A program made the position numbers and the translations under genes. A DNA stretch of 56,984 nucleotides, filler included, from Dugesia japonica (taxonomy: Eukaryota): the NCBI GenBank assembly GCA_001938525.1. It is 3 parts of 3 records of this genome, joined end to end, with 100 filler letters (N's around TTAATTAATTAA, not from the genome) between each part and the next. Parts side by side here need not be neighbours in the genome. Positions count along the whole stretch, not along the records: positions 1 to 30,589 come from MQRL01642434.1; 2 more parts are not named here. One strand, written 5' to 3'. The notes beneath the pieces were generated by a model. The model searched no databases and was not told where the DNA came from. It saw only the letters and a program-made list of their open reading frames with translations. This document shows positions 11,990 to 23,277 of this stretch, piece by piece (positions within the stretch are counted from its first letter, which is position 1; each line of letters starts with the position of its first letter).

Positions 11990-13845
11990 TTCGTTAGCAA
12001 TTTTCTGGTATTATAGAGATCATTGGAGTAACTATTCAATACCTTTGACTTTGCCCATGCTGGAAATATTCCCATAACCATCGTCCATGAAACTCTTCGT
12101 TTCTTTTTATATAAATCAAAACAGGCTAATATTTGTGTTATTAAGACTTTTACGATAGTTACCATGAATATCACTCCTAATAAACCTGCCATAGCTTGAC
12201 CAAATATAATAAAACGTCCACACATTTTCTTCATTACATTTTCGGCCGCTTTCTGAAAATGATCCGTAGATAATGATCCGTAACTCATAATTTGGCCTGC
12301 CATCTGCCGCATTTCCTCCTCCTGCAATCTGTACTATGTTTGATAATATCTGCATTCATTTTACTGGGAACAACATATGATCCCTTGCTTTATCCAAATC
12401 CAATTGTTTATATACTCCACCTTTGACGATCTTAAACAGGACAAATTTATCTCCTCCTTTTAATTTCAATCTTGAAAAGTTTTTAACATTTCCACCGGCT
12501 ATTAATTTCTATTCCCATTAGGTAATGCAAAATAAGGTCCAAATACGTTTGAGCAATTTAATTTATTCGGTACATATTCTCTCGTGGATATTATTNNNNN
12601 NNNNNNNNNNNNNNNNNNNNNNNNNNNNNNNNNNNNNNNNNNNNNNNNNNNNNNNNNNNNNNNNNNNNNNNNNNNNNNNNNNNNNNNNNNNNNNNNNNNN
12701 NNNNNNNNNATTACTTCTCCAACAACCCGTCCAAATTGTCCTTCTTCCATAGGTAATAAAGGTGTTACGCTATCTGGGTTTGTAAGTGCAGTAGCCAATT
12801 TTGTTTTTAATATTTCCCTATTTAACATACAATCATTCCAGAGTAAATCATGATATGTAACTTCACATCTTGAGGTGACACTGCAGCTTTTGCCCTATCT
12901 AATCTCCTTTTACTCGCATAAATTCCTTTATAATTTGTTTTAAAAGCTAATTCGCCACATTTTGATGCCGTCTTTTTCCGAATTATTTTAATCATATCAT
13001 CTTTTCTAGTCGTCATCAATACGGTAGGAGTATNNNNNNNNNNNNNNNNNNNNNNNNNNNNNNNNNNNNACTCTTTAATTTTATCCACTCGTATTGTTTC
13101 TACTTCTTCTAAATCTACTACTCTTTTCTCGCGATATTCATCAAATGCAGTTTCTTTTAGAAAGGTCAAAATACAATCCTGATGATTAAAATGATATATT
13201 AAAGTATATTTTCCGGATGAACTTGAAAGATCCGTTGCCTTACAGTGTGGATACATTTTCATTGCTAATGTTTCTGTATCAAAATATGCATCATATTCCT
13301 TTAACTCTATTCTGTAACTTTCAATTGCAACTACATAATTGATTACTTTACCATTAACAGTGTATGTTCCTCGGGTGCACCCCCATGTTCATCTGTTATA
13401 CTTCCGGCTGCAAATATTTGTTGTTGAACAATATGACCCGCTTTTGCATTAACAATGACCCCATATCTTATTTGAACTTGTCCGTTAGTGAATCCATTTT
13501 GACAGTGTTGACAAGTTAGATAAATTGACCTTACATCTGTTCTGGCATCTATCATTGCCGTATAGCTTCGGGCTCCGCAATAAAATATTAAGACTCTCAT
13601 TGTTACTATACACTCTTGTATCTTTGCTTTATAATAATCAGATTCCTGATACACAAAATAATTCACACTTTTTCTTACTGGATTCATTCTTTCCGGATTA
13701 GCTTCAGGATACTCGTCTGTGTCTACCAATGAATATACTGTTTCCCAAATTTCCATTTTATCACTATCATAAGTTGTTATAGCTGCAGTTTTATTTATCA
13801 TCATAAATAATAATAAGATCATCATCATCATTGGTTGCCAATTAT
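11990..13845 (-). pseudogene. env: Chuvirus (Jingchuvirales)-like glycoprotein, env-like, with internal signal peptide and C-terminal TM
   Basis: Signal MMMMILLLFMMINKTAA, then YD(C/S)..YSL.D, ECIV..YCG..SY, C..GF..G, FAAGS, C..REIL..KLA....P, G.FG.V.GEV, GGVY...DL...RDHMLFP, FG..MAGLLG..IVK..I. This motif order is characteristic of chuviral G. Confidence 0.82.
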
Positions 13846-13869
13846 TAACTCTACTTGTGGTATGTGTTT

Positions 13870-14500
13870 CTACATCGACTTCATCAATATAATCCTTCAA
13901 TAATTTTTTCGCTTGTACAGGTATACTTTGTTTACAACTATATTTTGGTTTCATTTTCTCAATTAGTCCTGGGCAACCTCCAATTACTGCTAGCAAAGGT
14001 TCAATTTTATCCTTGATTATTTCGATAGCCGGTAGTTTGCGCATGTCAAATTTTGTTATCGGTCTACTTCGGGTAATTATTATAGATGCTTGTTTAATTA
14101 AATATGCAATCGCGATTGCAATTCTTGTTGGTGATGGACCTACTGCAATTAATCCATCTACTGCTTCTTCCGTTTCACTTTTCAAAGTAACTTTTGTTCC
14201 CTGCAAAGCAGGTAATTTTGTAATTAATGGTTCTAATATTGAAGCAATTTGTTCAGATTCTTCCGTTAATTTTGTGCTATCAATCCACATCTTTAGTTCT
14301 GGATATATTTTTAANNAAATTAGATGCATTAGTTGTTCCGTTGTCATTTCTTTTGATTCCATTTGTTCTAACAATTCTTGTGATACAGCTGTTAGTTGTT
14401 TATTTTGCATCACGTTTCTCTTTGATACCTTTTCTTGATTTGAAATTCCATTACTATTTGATGATCCTCATAATTTAGGTAACCTTCCTCGAAATCTTTT
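13870..14500 (-). pseudogene. Conserved helical domain of unknown function, fused upstream of the glycoprotein signal peptide
   Basis: ORF 13343..14413 runs from this domain into G; a homolog is present in copy 2 (48691..49095: IYP.LK.WI.S..L..E..Q.A.ILE..I.KLP). Confidence 0.65.
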
Positions 14501-14959
14501 ATCCATGAATGTTTCTGCATCTCTTGTCGTTGTTTTTTGAAATTCATTTCCAGTTGATTCCCTTGAGCTTCTACATCTTGTATATTTCTTCTGTCANTAC
14601 GTCTGACAAATTCATTTCATCTACCATTTCATCTGCAATTGTTTGTAATCTGGGTGATATTGGCTGTTCTGCATCAATATCCACTTTTTTGGGATTCCAA
14701 ATTAGAGATCCTTCAATCTTTTGACTTCTCATTCCTCTTTCTTTTGCAGGCTCTACTTGAGTTATTTTCGTCATTTCCTTGAGTTTCTGTTCCTTCTTCA
14801 TCATTCGCTGTACAAGATGAACTTTCCGATACTCGTATTGCTGTTTTTGCTGCAATTGTTGATTGAGCTGCCCAGTCTTTTGTGGAACGTCGTCCAGCCG
14901 TAAATTTGGGCTTTTCTGCTAATACTTTTGTAGTTTGTTTCTTCTTCAGCATTCCTTTA

Positions 14960-17900
14960 CCCACCACTGGGTGTATATATATTTTATTTGGATGCCTCAC
15001 TTGCACATCCAGTGTTCCGATAATATCTTTGTTTAGTAATTCCTGATTATAAAAAATAAGTGAATATGGTGGATTAAATGGCAATTTATTCTTTAATTGA
15101 TCCACTGTTTTATAAGCCATTGTTTCCACTCTTGTTTCTTGACTCGTTAGTGCGATTATTCTGAGAGTTATTTTGAGAGGTTTTTCTTCTTCCATCTCCC
15201 GATTTTGCCATTTAGTAATTATAATTTTAAATTGTTTCAGCCTCCAATCACATTCTTCTTTTAATCTTGATATTTGATAAGTTAATTCTCTGAACTCTTT
15301 TAATGATAAATCGCTGCTGATTAGTTGATCCAATAATTGTTGCACTTCTTGCTTTAGTACATTCTCTTGTTTATTGATGGTTGCAAATTGTTGTATTAAA
15401 CTTTGCGTGTTTCCAATATTGTGTCTGTTTCTTGTTGTTGTTGCTGCTATTGACTCGCACGGTTGGCTTATTGGACACAATTCTTTGATCGATTGATCTT
15501 GTGATCTAGATTTTAGTTTTTTTTTAATTTTTTTACTGCTACCGTTTCTCTGAAATCAACATTTAATTCCTCTACATGTATTTGTATTCCCCATGGCACC
15601 TGTGGATTAATTTCATCAATAAAGAACTGAATCGTTTTTCTACGCAACGTTTCTCTTGGTCGTTTCTTAGTATACGGATTCCTTTCTTGATCTTCTGCTG
15701 AAAACACGTAAACATCCATCATCGATTCTGGTCAAATACCTGAAACTTTTACTGAGTTCTCCTCATTTTCCTCAGTGATCTCTTCCCCACAATATATAAC
15801 GATATCTTCGTTTTTAGTTTCTAATCTAATTGCTTTCCTCTTGGCATTTGCGTGTTAATATAGTTAAGTATTTCATTTATTAACTTCTCCCAAGTTGTAG
15901 TTGTTTTAATCCTAAATTCCTTTTCCGATTCATCTGAGAAATATACTGTAACATTTACTGATTGTTTTGGTATGTTTTTAGCATGTATTCCTACCAATGT
16001 ATTAACTAATTCACAGAACATTTCTCCTCCAATTAATTTCAATTGATTTTAATTGATTTATTACTTCTTCTATCTTTAAATTTTGCATTTGTTTATAATT
16101 TTCTTTTATAACCATTCCTATCTTGGTTAATGCCAATCTATATGTCATCCGTGGTTCAATTTCTGTTGTTATTTCTGCTGTTGACCCAATTTCCTCGACT
16201 ATTATATGCGTAAAGCAATCCATTCGATCTATTTCCGCCATAAATATTTCCCTCATTCTTGCACCAATTTTATGTATTGGTTGTATTCGAAACCTTTTTG
16301 GCATTTCGTCATCGAGTTCTAATGTCAATTTTGTTATTTCTCCTGGTCGTAATCTAAATTCAATTAGATGTTCATTATTCTCGTTTAATTTATCTTTTTC
16401 TAATATCATATAATCACACATTATTCTATATTTATTCGATTTCTTCTGCAATGGCAGTTCGCTTATTATATCTCTCAATTCTCCAATAGTTGTAGTTTGA
16501 GAATTTTTAACGGTTTTAGATGTCAAACTTGATGTTGACCCTTTAACTTCGTTTATTACTGGATAAAAAAAATCGGCTCCAACAGTTGTCTCTTTTATCA
16601 GCTCTCGATAACTTTTCGTTATTTTTATCCATTTTCTCTTTTTTTCCCAATTTATTTGAAAATTAAAATATGCGTCGCATAAAAAATTCATCATCTTCCA
16701 ATAACTTTGTTTTGGAATAATCTCTTTTCAATTTATAGTTGTTTTTACTAAATGATCCCTTGCTTCCAAATATCGACTATTTTCTCTCAATTCATCATCG
16801 CACGTCACTAATTGTTCACTCGATTTGCTATGAATTTCTGTAGCTACGCTGCTAGCTTTCTTTTTATCTCTCTTTACTTTGTTCAGTACTTTACTCAAAA
16901 ACGCTCTCAACATACATATATGTGCTTTAGGCCTTTTCTTCGTTTCTGGTATTGAAATTGAGGTTTTTTTGTCATAATTATTATATACCATAACGTTTTT
17001 CTTATACTCCACGTCTAATGATCTCATGATTTGCTCTGTTGTTCGAATATGTAGATGTGACAGTACTGAGGCTTTAAATAAAAACAATCTCTCGTTTTCA
17101 AATAATGTAACTTCAGTAGCACCACCAGGCTTTAATCCATAGATGTAAATGTGCTCATTTACCACCTCTTTGTTAACAATTCTAACTGGTGAACAAATTA
17201 TATAATGTTCAAGTAGTTTTGGCCATTTTAACTCATTCAATGCTTCTAATAGTGCTTTCACCGTTGTATTCTTTAATGCCAATTTTCGAGGAATATTTTG
17301 GTATCCAAATCGGTAATTGTATTTAGATATTTGTTCTTCATCAAATAAGCCATATTTATGCAATCATGTGCGGGTTTTATTGCTTCCATCTCACTAATTT
17401 TATAATCATCCGTAGGCGACCTAAAATTTCCTTTTCATATTCATCGATCATATTCTTCCATTGTAATTAAGTTGTTACATCTATATGTCCTGGCTCTGCT
17501 AATTCAACAATATGATTCATTATCGACCAATATGCTTTTCGATCAATCTTATTTTTCTTTTTTCTAGTTCTTTTCATTTTGTTTCTATATATTCTCTCGT
17601 TTGTGGTTGTTATTTTATTGACGTTTTCATCTTCTCGTTTGTTACAACTTGATTGATCGTCATTTCCGCTCCTTGTTTTGTATTATCATCATGTTTTACT
17701 GAGTTCTTTGATACTTTTGTTTTCCATCTTTTTCTATAATAACCCTTTTAGCTGGTTTCTTTTGTCTGTCCAATAAAGTTTGTGCTCTCATCGAATGCTT
17801 AAAAAATGTCTTGTCCAACGATTAAATTATTTCATTTATTGTTCTATACTCAAAATGCAGGAACGCTGGCTGTTTAGTTTGATATAGTCTATCACTTTCT

Positions 17901-18350
17901 AACAACTTTAAAAGCTGAGTTTTTGCTGGTCGAATTCTATATACCGAAATGTGTTCTTTAAGATTATCCTGATCAATCACNCTTGATGATGAACATAGTA
18001 CATATTCGCATAATGGTTTCGGCCACTGCAGTTCATTTATCGTTGTTTTCAACCCTTTGACTGTTGGTGCATTAATTTCAATTTTCCTCATTATATTCTG
18101 ATATCACCATGGTATAGATTTGGTTTCATCATTAATTGTTGCGTATATGAATCTCTCGATTGACCGTCCCGCCACTTTTGGATCTTCTGAAATCTATTTT
18201 TTCAACGGCTCTATTATCATGATTTTGTAATCATCAGGATTAGTTTCTGTCATCAATTCCACTTCATACTCTTCCGCTTGAGTCTTACAATTCATTTTGC
18301 TAACAGCATCTACATTTGATTAAATGATTCATTATTTTAAAATATGCTTT
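14960..18350 (-). pseudogene. Tandem array of about five ubiquitin-like (beta-grasp) repeats
   Basis: The unit at ~15185-14960 (KITLRIIALTSQETRVETMAYKTVDQLKNKLPFNPPYSLIFYNQELLNKDIIGTLDVQ) aligns by eye with ubiquitin. The other units share TT/TV..L...I/L..L....Y.I....I.......Y/F.L/I.P(G). Confidence 0.6.
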
Positions 18351-18929
18351 CCACTCAATTACATCTCTAATATCTTCTACGAGTTCTAGTTTTTCTTCTA
18401 TCTGTCGTCGAATTGCAGGATAATTTTCCAAAGACTTATCGTCTAAAATCTTCTTGGAACGTATCATATTAATTTGTCCAGCATTAGAATTCGCCATTAC
18501 TCTTGCTCTCAATCTATCCTGAGCTATTTGTTGTTCTTCCACTTGTTGTCACAGATACTCTTGCTCTTGTTTCAATTTTTCAAACGTTTTTTGCTCCTCA
18601 TTCTGAGTCTCTTGTAACATATTTATTTGATGCTGAGGCTTGGCTCTACTACTATTTATTTCCTGCTTTAATGCTTCATTTTGCTGTCTCATTTTCTTAA
18701 TTGTTGGATTTAAATTTGGTTTTGNNNNNNNNNNNNNNNNNNNNNNNNNNNNNNNNNNNNNNNNNNNNNNNNNNNNNNNNNNNNNNNNNNNNNNNNNNNN
18801 NNNNNNNNNNNNNNNNNNNNNNNNNNNNNNNNNNNNNNNNNNNNNNNNNNNNNNNNNNNNNNNNNNNNNNNNNNNNNNNNNNNNNNNNNNNNNNNNNNNN
18901 NNNNNNNNNNNNNNNNNNNNNNNNNNNNN

Positions 18930-20060
18930 TTTCCCACAATTATAACAAGTCATATTTGATGATTGCCAGCTCACTTGTTTGTTGTTATTATTATTCTATT
19001 TAAAATTATTCGTTTGTCCTCTTGTATTCCCAGGTGATAATACCTTCAATAATAGCTGGGCTCTTGCTATAAAATCAGATACCTTAAGAACATTTTTAGT
19101 TTGTTCATCTTGTTCTTCTATTTGAAACACTTTTGATTGAAGAAAGTCAACATTGTGATATACTCTCGCTGAATTTATGGCCAATTCTACTGTTTGCGAC
19201 TGAGTTAAATGCACATGTCTCTTTACGTACGCATTTCCCAACCCTTTTATAAATGCTCCAATTAAAACTTCTTCATTAATATTATCTCAAATAGTTATTT
19301 TCCCAAGTCTTCGCAATTCAGCCGCAAATGCTTGAAATGATTCATCTTTATGCTTTCGTCTGTTCATAAAATCTTGCATCTCCTGACCTTGTAATGCAGG
19401 TGCTTTAAAAATATCTAATAACAATGTTTTAGCCTCTTCCCATGTTTTTACTTCTTTATCTTTCTCAGTGGCTTTATCCAAATAAATAGTTTTATTAGCT
19501 CTAACTAAATACAGTGGTAAACGCTCTACTGCTGTTTTATCGCTTCAACAGCATGCGTTGATATCAATTTCATAGTTTGTGATGAAATCGAGTATTTTAT
19601 CTGGATCTCCGTCATATTTATCACCACTGAAATATGTTCTCCATTCTTTACGTTTATCGTTCATATCCGATTCATGTTGTCTACTATTTGACGACATTTT
19701 ATTTAATTCTTTGATTTCCTCTTGACCGCTTAAATTTTCTGCTTGGCTTTTTGATTCCGAATTCGATAAAAAATGCGACACAAGTACTGTATTATTTCTT
19801 TCTACTATCTGATTTTGATTTTCAATATTGAGTCTGTTTCAATATTTTCCCTTGATTCTGAGGATTCCATTGTTATTCTCAAAGGAAAGCAGTTAGGTGA
19901 TTGATTTGTTTCTGAAGATATTGGCTTTTTAGATATCCTTGATTCCTTTCTTGTAAGTGATGATGCTCTTTGAGATTTTGCTTTGTGCTCTTTTCTACTT
20001 CCAACAGTAGATCTTGTATAATATCTGGGCTTTTCTGAATCTTCAATGGCTATCTTGGTA
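18930..20060 (-). pseudogene. gag: Gag (retrotransposon capsid plus first CCHC knuckle) of giant element copy 1
   Basis: KYDGDP..F...YE, LPLYL, TWEEAK..L...F, DESFQAFAAELRRL, FIKGL, T.ELAI..A, then CYNCGK before an N gap. ORFs 19781, 19481, 19241, 18974 and 18542 are all in one frame. Confidence 0.9.
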
Positions 20061-20449
20061 TAACAATTGTACTGTTCTCTTTAATTTGTAATATAATACT
20101 ATACTGTCCTTTTCCCTTAAATATAAAATAAAAGCCTCTCGGCCTATACATATTAATTAACAATAAAATAATCAATTAGCCTTAATCTTAAGTTATTCAT
20201 TTTTACTAATTCCTCTATTCAGTCTATCATCTTAGAATTAATGCTTTTTTCTTAGTTTTTAAGATGATACTGCCTTTTATGTAATATCAACTTAATTCTT
20301 ATAATCGAATTTTAAACCAATTAATTTATTATTTTTCAATACTATTCAGTCTATGCTTACATCTTATGCTATCTATTTTCTTAAATAAAGACTAAAATAT
20401 TTTTAATTTAACTCAATCTTTTTAACTGGCGCTTATTCAGTTTATTATA

Positions 20450-21640
20450 CTATATTTTATTCATCGTTTTAATTTATTCATTTATTTTCTTATATTTTAT
20501 ATTGCACTCTGATTATTACAATGTTTTTTTACATTATCTCTATTTTGTTTTGCTTCTAATTTTACTTTACATTTGTCAAGATAATATTTCAAAATTTCTC
20601 TTCTTAAAAATTAAAACCTTCGATTCTCTAAGTTTGGGTCTCTCAAATTTATGTGTAATTTCAACTAGATTCTACAATTCCTACTCACATTTGGATTTTC
20701 TTTCAAATCCATGTTATTCTTCTTCACTCCAAGCGCTAATAACTGATCGATTTTCTTTCATCCCCCAAAAATATTTGCGAGTTTTCTTTCAACACCAAGG
20801 CTTTCTTTCAAGCCCATTTCTAAAGTTCGTCTTCACACTTATCCCCAACCTTTGTGTACTTCACATAAATTAAACCTTCATAGTTTTTCAAATAAAATAA
20901 TTTTCTCAAGTTNNNNNATTCCCATACAAAGAATACTGCTTCCAAAATTTCCAACAAAGCAACTCCAAATTCTACAACTTTTCTTTCCTTCCGACAAATT
21001 TCAAACATTTTCCAATAATAAAATGAATATGTGAAGTACCATGCTAACATGAACAACGCTCCATTTTAGCATATATATGACAAAGAATTCTAATCAGAAT
21101 CAACACTACCCTGCTCGCAAACTCTAAAATTCTGTAAAATAATTCCACGATATAAATGTCACTAGTAAAATAACATGCACCATTTGTCAAGAAACATTTA
21201 TAGGGGAAGCATACAGAACCATCTGAACAAGAATTAAGGAACATTTAAAAAAAAGAAAGTGAAGTATTCAAACACTTTCAACACAAACATGAAATTTCAC
21301 CAGAACAACATCACATTACATGGAAAACACTAGGAACAGGCTACATTTTTACACTAAATAGAAAGAAACATGAATAATTACTTATTAAAGAAGACAATTC
21401 AAAATTAAATGTAATTTATAATAATTAAATAATTAAATTTAAATAAAATATAAAAAAATTAAAATTAACTAATTAAAATTTAGAAAAAATAAATTTATTC
21501 AAAAAAATTACTATTATAAGAATAATTATTGAATAAATTAAAAAGTCAATTTCTAAAGAAGATAAGGTCGAAATATCGAATTGTTATCAAATACCAAGTA
21601 AAACAAACTTTTGATCGAAGCTTTTATTTTATTATTTGGT
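20450..21640 (+). mobile_element. Penelope-like element remnant (GIY-YIG endonuclease and 3' pLTR)
   Basis: KITCTICQETFIGEAYRTI*TRIKEH..ESEVFKHFQHKH..RKKHE*LLIK...KLN at ~21165-21420, followed by a hammerhead-like motif. The left boundary is approximate. Confidence 0.8.
21547..21583 (+). ncRNA. Degenerate minimal hammerhead ribozyme motif (Penelope type)
   Basis: CAATTT-CTAAAGA-A-GATAAGGTC-GAAA-TATC-GAATTG: stem I of 6 bp, stem II of 3 bp, palindromic stem III, and a core G5>A change. Confidence 0.6.
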
Positions 21641-22132
21641 TATTTTCAGATAAATTCAAAAATTCCTGATATACTTAATTTTTATATACTCGAACTAATG
21701 CATTGTGGTTTGACGTTTTCAAGCGTGTTTCTTAATTTCATTTTCGTCACAATGTAATAAAATAAATGAAGTGAAGTTTCACTCCAAGAGAATAAATAAT
21801 ACGAGCACTTCAAGAGGGTAAATGAAAATCAATGCATTATTTTTCAGATGAAATGAATATAATGTTCTCAGAAAAGTCGATAACGTTGTAATGCTATTCA
21901 TGAAATTTATAAAGATATATTCNNNNNNNNNNNNNNNNNNNNNNNNNNNNNNNNNNNNNNNNNNNNNNNNNNTATTCAAAATCATAGAACACATGATGCC
22001 CACCGATATACTCAAATAAATGAAATCACATTTTCGTTACTAGAACCGAAACTGATTTTTATGTAAATGTAATAAACATTTCTATCATTATTTCTATCTT
22101 TATTTGTGAAAGACAATTATAATATAGGGTTA

Positions 22133-22134
<2 letters not shown>

Positions 22135-22201
<67 letters not shown>

Positions 22202-22270
22202 NNNNNNNNNNNNNNNNNNNNNNNNNNNNNNNNNNNNNNNNNNNNNNNNNNNNNNNNNNNNNNNNNNNNN

Positions 22271-22335
<65 letters not shown>
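22135..22335. repeat. (TAT)n microsatellite with internal N gap
   Basis: Directly visible. Confidence 0.97.
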
Positions 22336-22749
22336 GGTTAAAATACTATTTTTTATCAAGTTATGAACACAAATAATTCTATATACTTAAAATCTATAAT
22401 AAAAAATTGTATTTTCTTTCAGTCATTTAAGTAAAATACAAATGACAATTGATAAAGCATTTTTCATTGTATTTTTTGACCGCGTTCAAATGAATTATGT
22501 TATCTAATTCATTTATTTTACTTTACATTAATCAGATGTACGCCACCAAATTGATTAATTAGCAAATTACCTTGAAATTTCTAAACTAAAACATATCACG
22601 CCAACAAACAACTCTAAACATTTAAAATTTTAAAATTTTAATTTAAAATAAAAAAGTTTATAATTTAAATAAACCAATATAATTTTGATAAAATATAATG
22701 AATTTTGTAATAAAATTCTATTATCGTTTGAATCTATCAAAAAGTCATC

Positions 22750-22787
22750 ATATTCCTGAAGAAGACAATTGTCGAAAATTTGAATAT
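22750..22787 (+). ncRNA. Minimal hammerhead ribozyme motif (Penelope pLTR type)
   Basis: ATATTC-CTGAAGA-A-GACAATTGTC-GAAA-ATTT-GAATAT: intact CUGANGA and GAAA core, stem I ATATTC/GAATAT, stem II GAC/GTC, palindromic AATT stem III. Flanks (AAAAGTCA and TTTTGATCGAAGCTTTT) are shared with the 21547 copy. Confidence 0.72.
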
Positions 22788-23008
22788 TGTATACAAAAAT
22801 ACAATTTTTTTGATCGAAGCTTTTTCTTTATTTTAATGAAAGAATTTTAATAAATAAAATTATTTGTATTCTTAAATTGATAAAAAAAAATATTATTGTT
22901 ATGATTATTATATAATTATTTATTTATGTAAAATTTAAAATCTCACAACTCTATAAGATTTTTTTTATTTATTATTACAAATTTTTTGATAAAAGTGAAA
23001 AAAAAGAC

Positions 23009-23277
23009 GAAGAACAATTTAAAGTATTCAAACAAATAATCTGAGAAATTTTAATAAAATATTTTTAAAATATTAAATTTTTCTAAAAAAATAATTTCTA
23101 TATATTATATTAGCCAAAATTATAAAAGTATGAAAATTATTTTATGAAATTATGTTTAAAAAACAATTAAAGATATATATCTAAAGTAAAAGTATTTAAA
23201 ATTAAAATCGATATTTTTTCAAAATATTTTATTAAAATTTATCAGATTATTTGTTTGAATATTAAGAATTGTTCTTC
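23009..23277. repeat. Imperfect inverted repeat (foldback or MITE-like)
   Basis: GAAGAACAATT..TATTCAAACAAATAATCTGA.AAATTTTAATAAAATATTTT (~23009-23070) has its reverse complement at ~23221-23277. Confidence 0.75.

Larger units (their letters stand above)
76..20060 (-). mobile_element. Giant Ty3/Gypsy-like LTR retroelement, copy 1 (decayed), with internal chuvirus-like glycoprotein
   Basis: Collinear minus-strand Gag, PR, RT (YIDD), RNase H and integrase in Gypsy order (PR-RT-RH-IN), plus about 8 kb of extra coding sequence between Gag and PR and about 4 kb after IN. Many stops and frameshifts. Ends are approximate and no matching LTR pair was found. Confidence 0.88.

Noticed and set aside
14013-14438. 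Plus-strand ORFs antisense to the giant element (also 16123..16413, 48918..49313, 51511..51846)
   Set aside because: Shadow ORFs of the minus-strand coding sequence, with no independent motifs.
2842-20060. Alternative genetic code or programmed readthrough as the explanation for in-frame stops
   Set aside because: All three stop types occur alongside frameshifts, deletions and active-site changes, at different positions in the two copies; this is ordinary decay.
22106-22366. Poly-Tyr/poly-Ile ORF (and the poly-Leu ORF at 43471..43659)
   Set aside because: Translations of microsatellites and N gaps.
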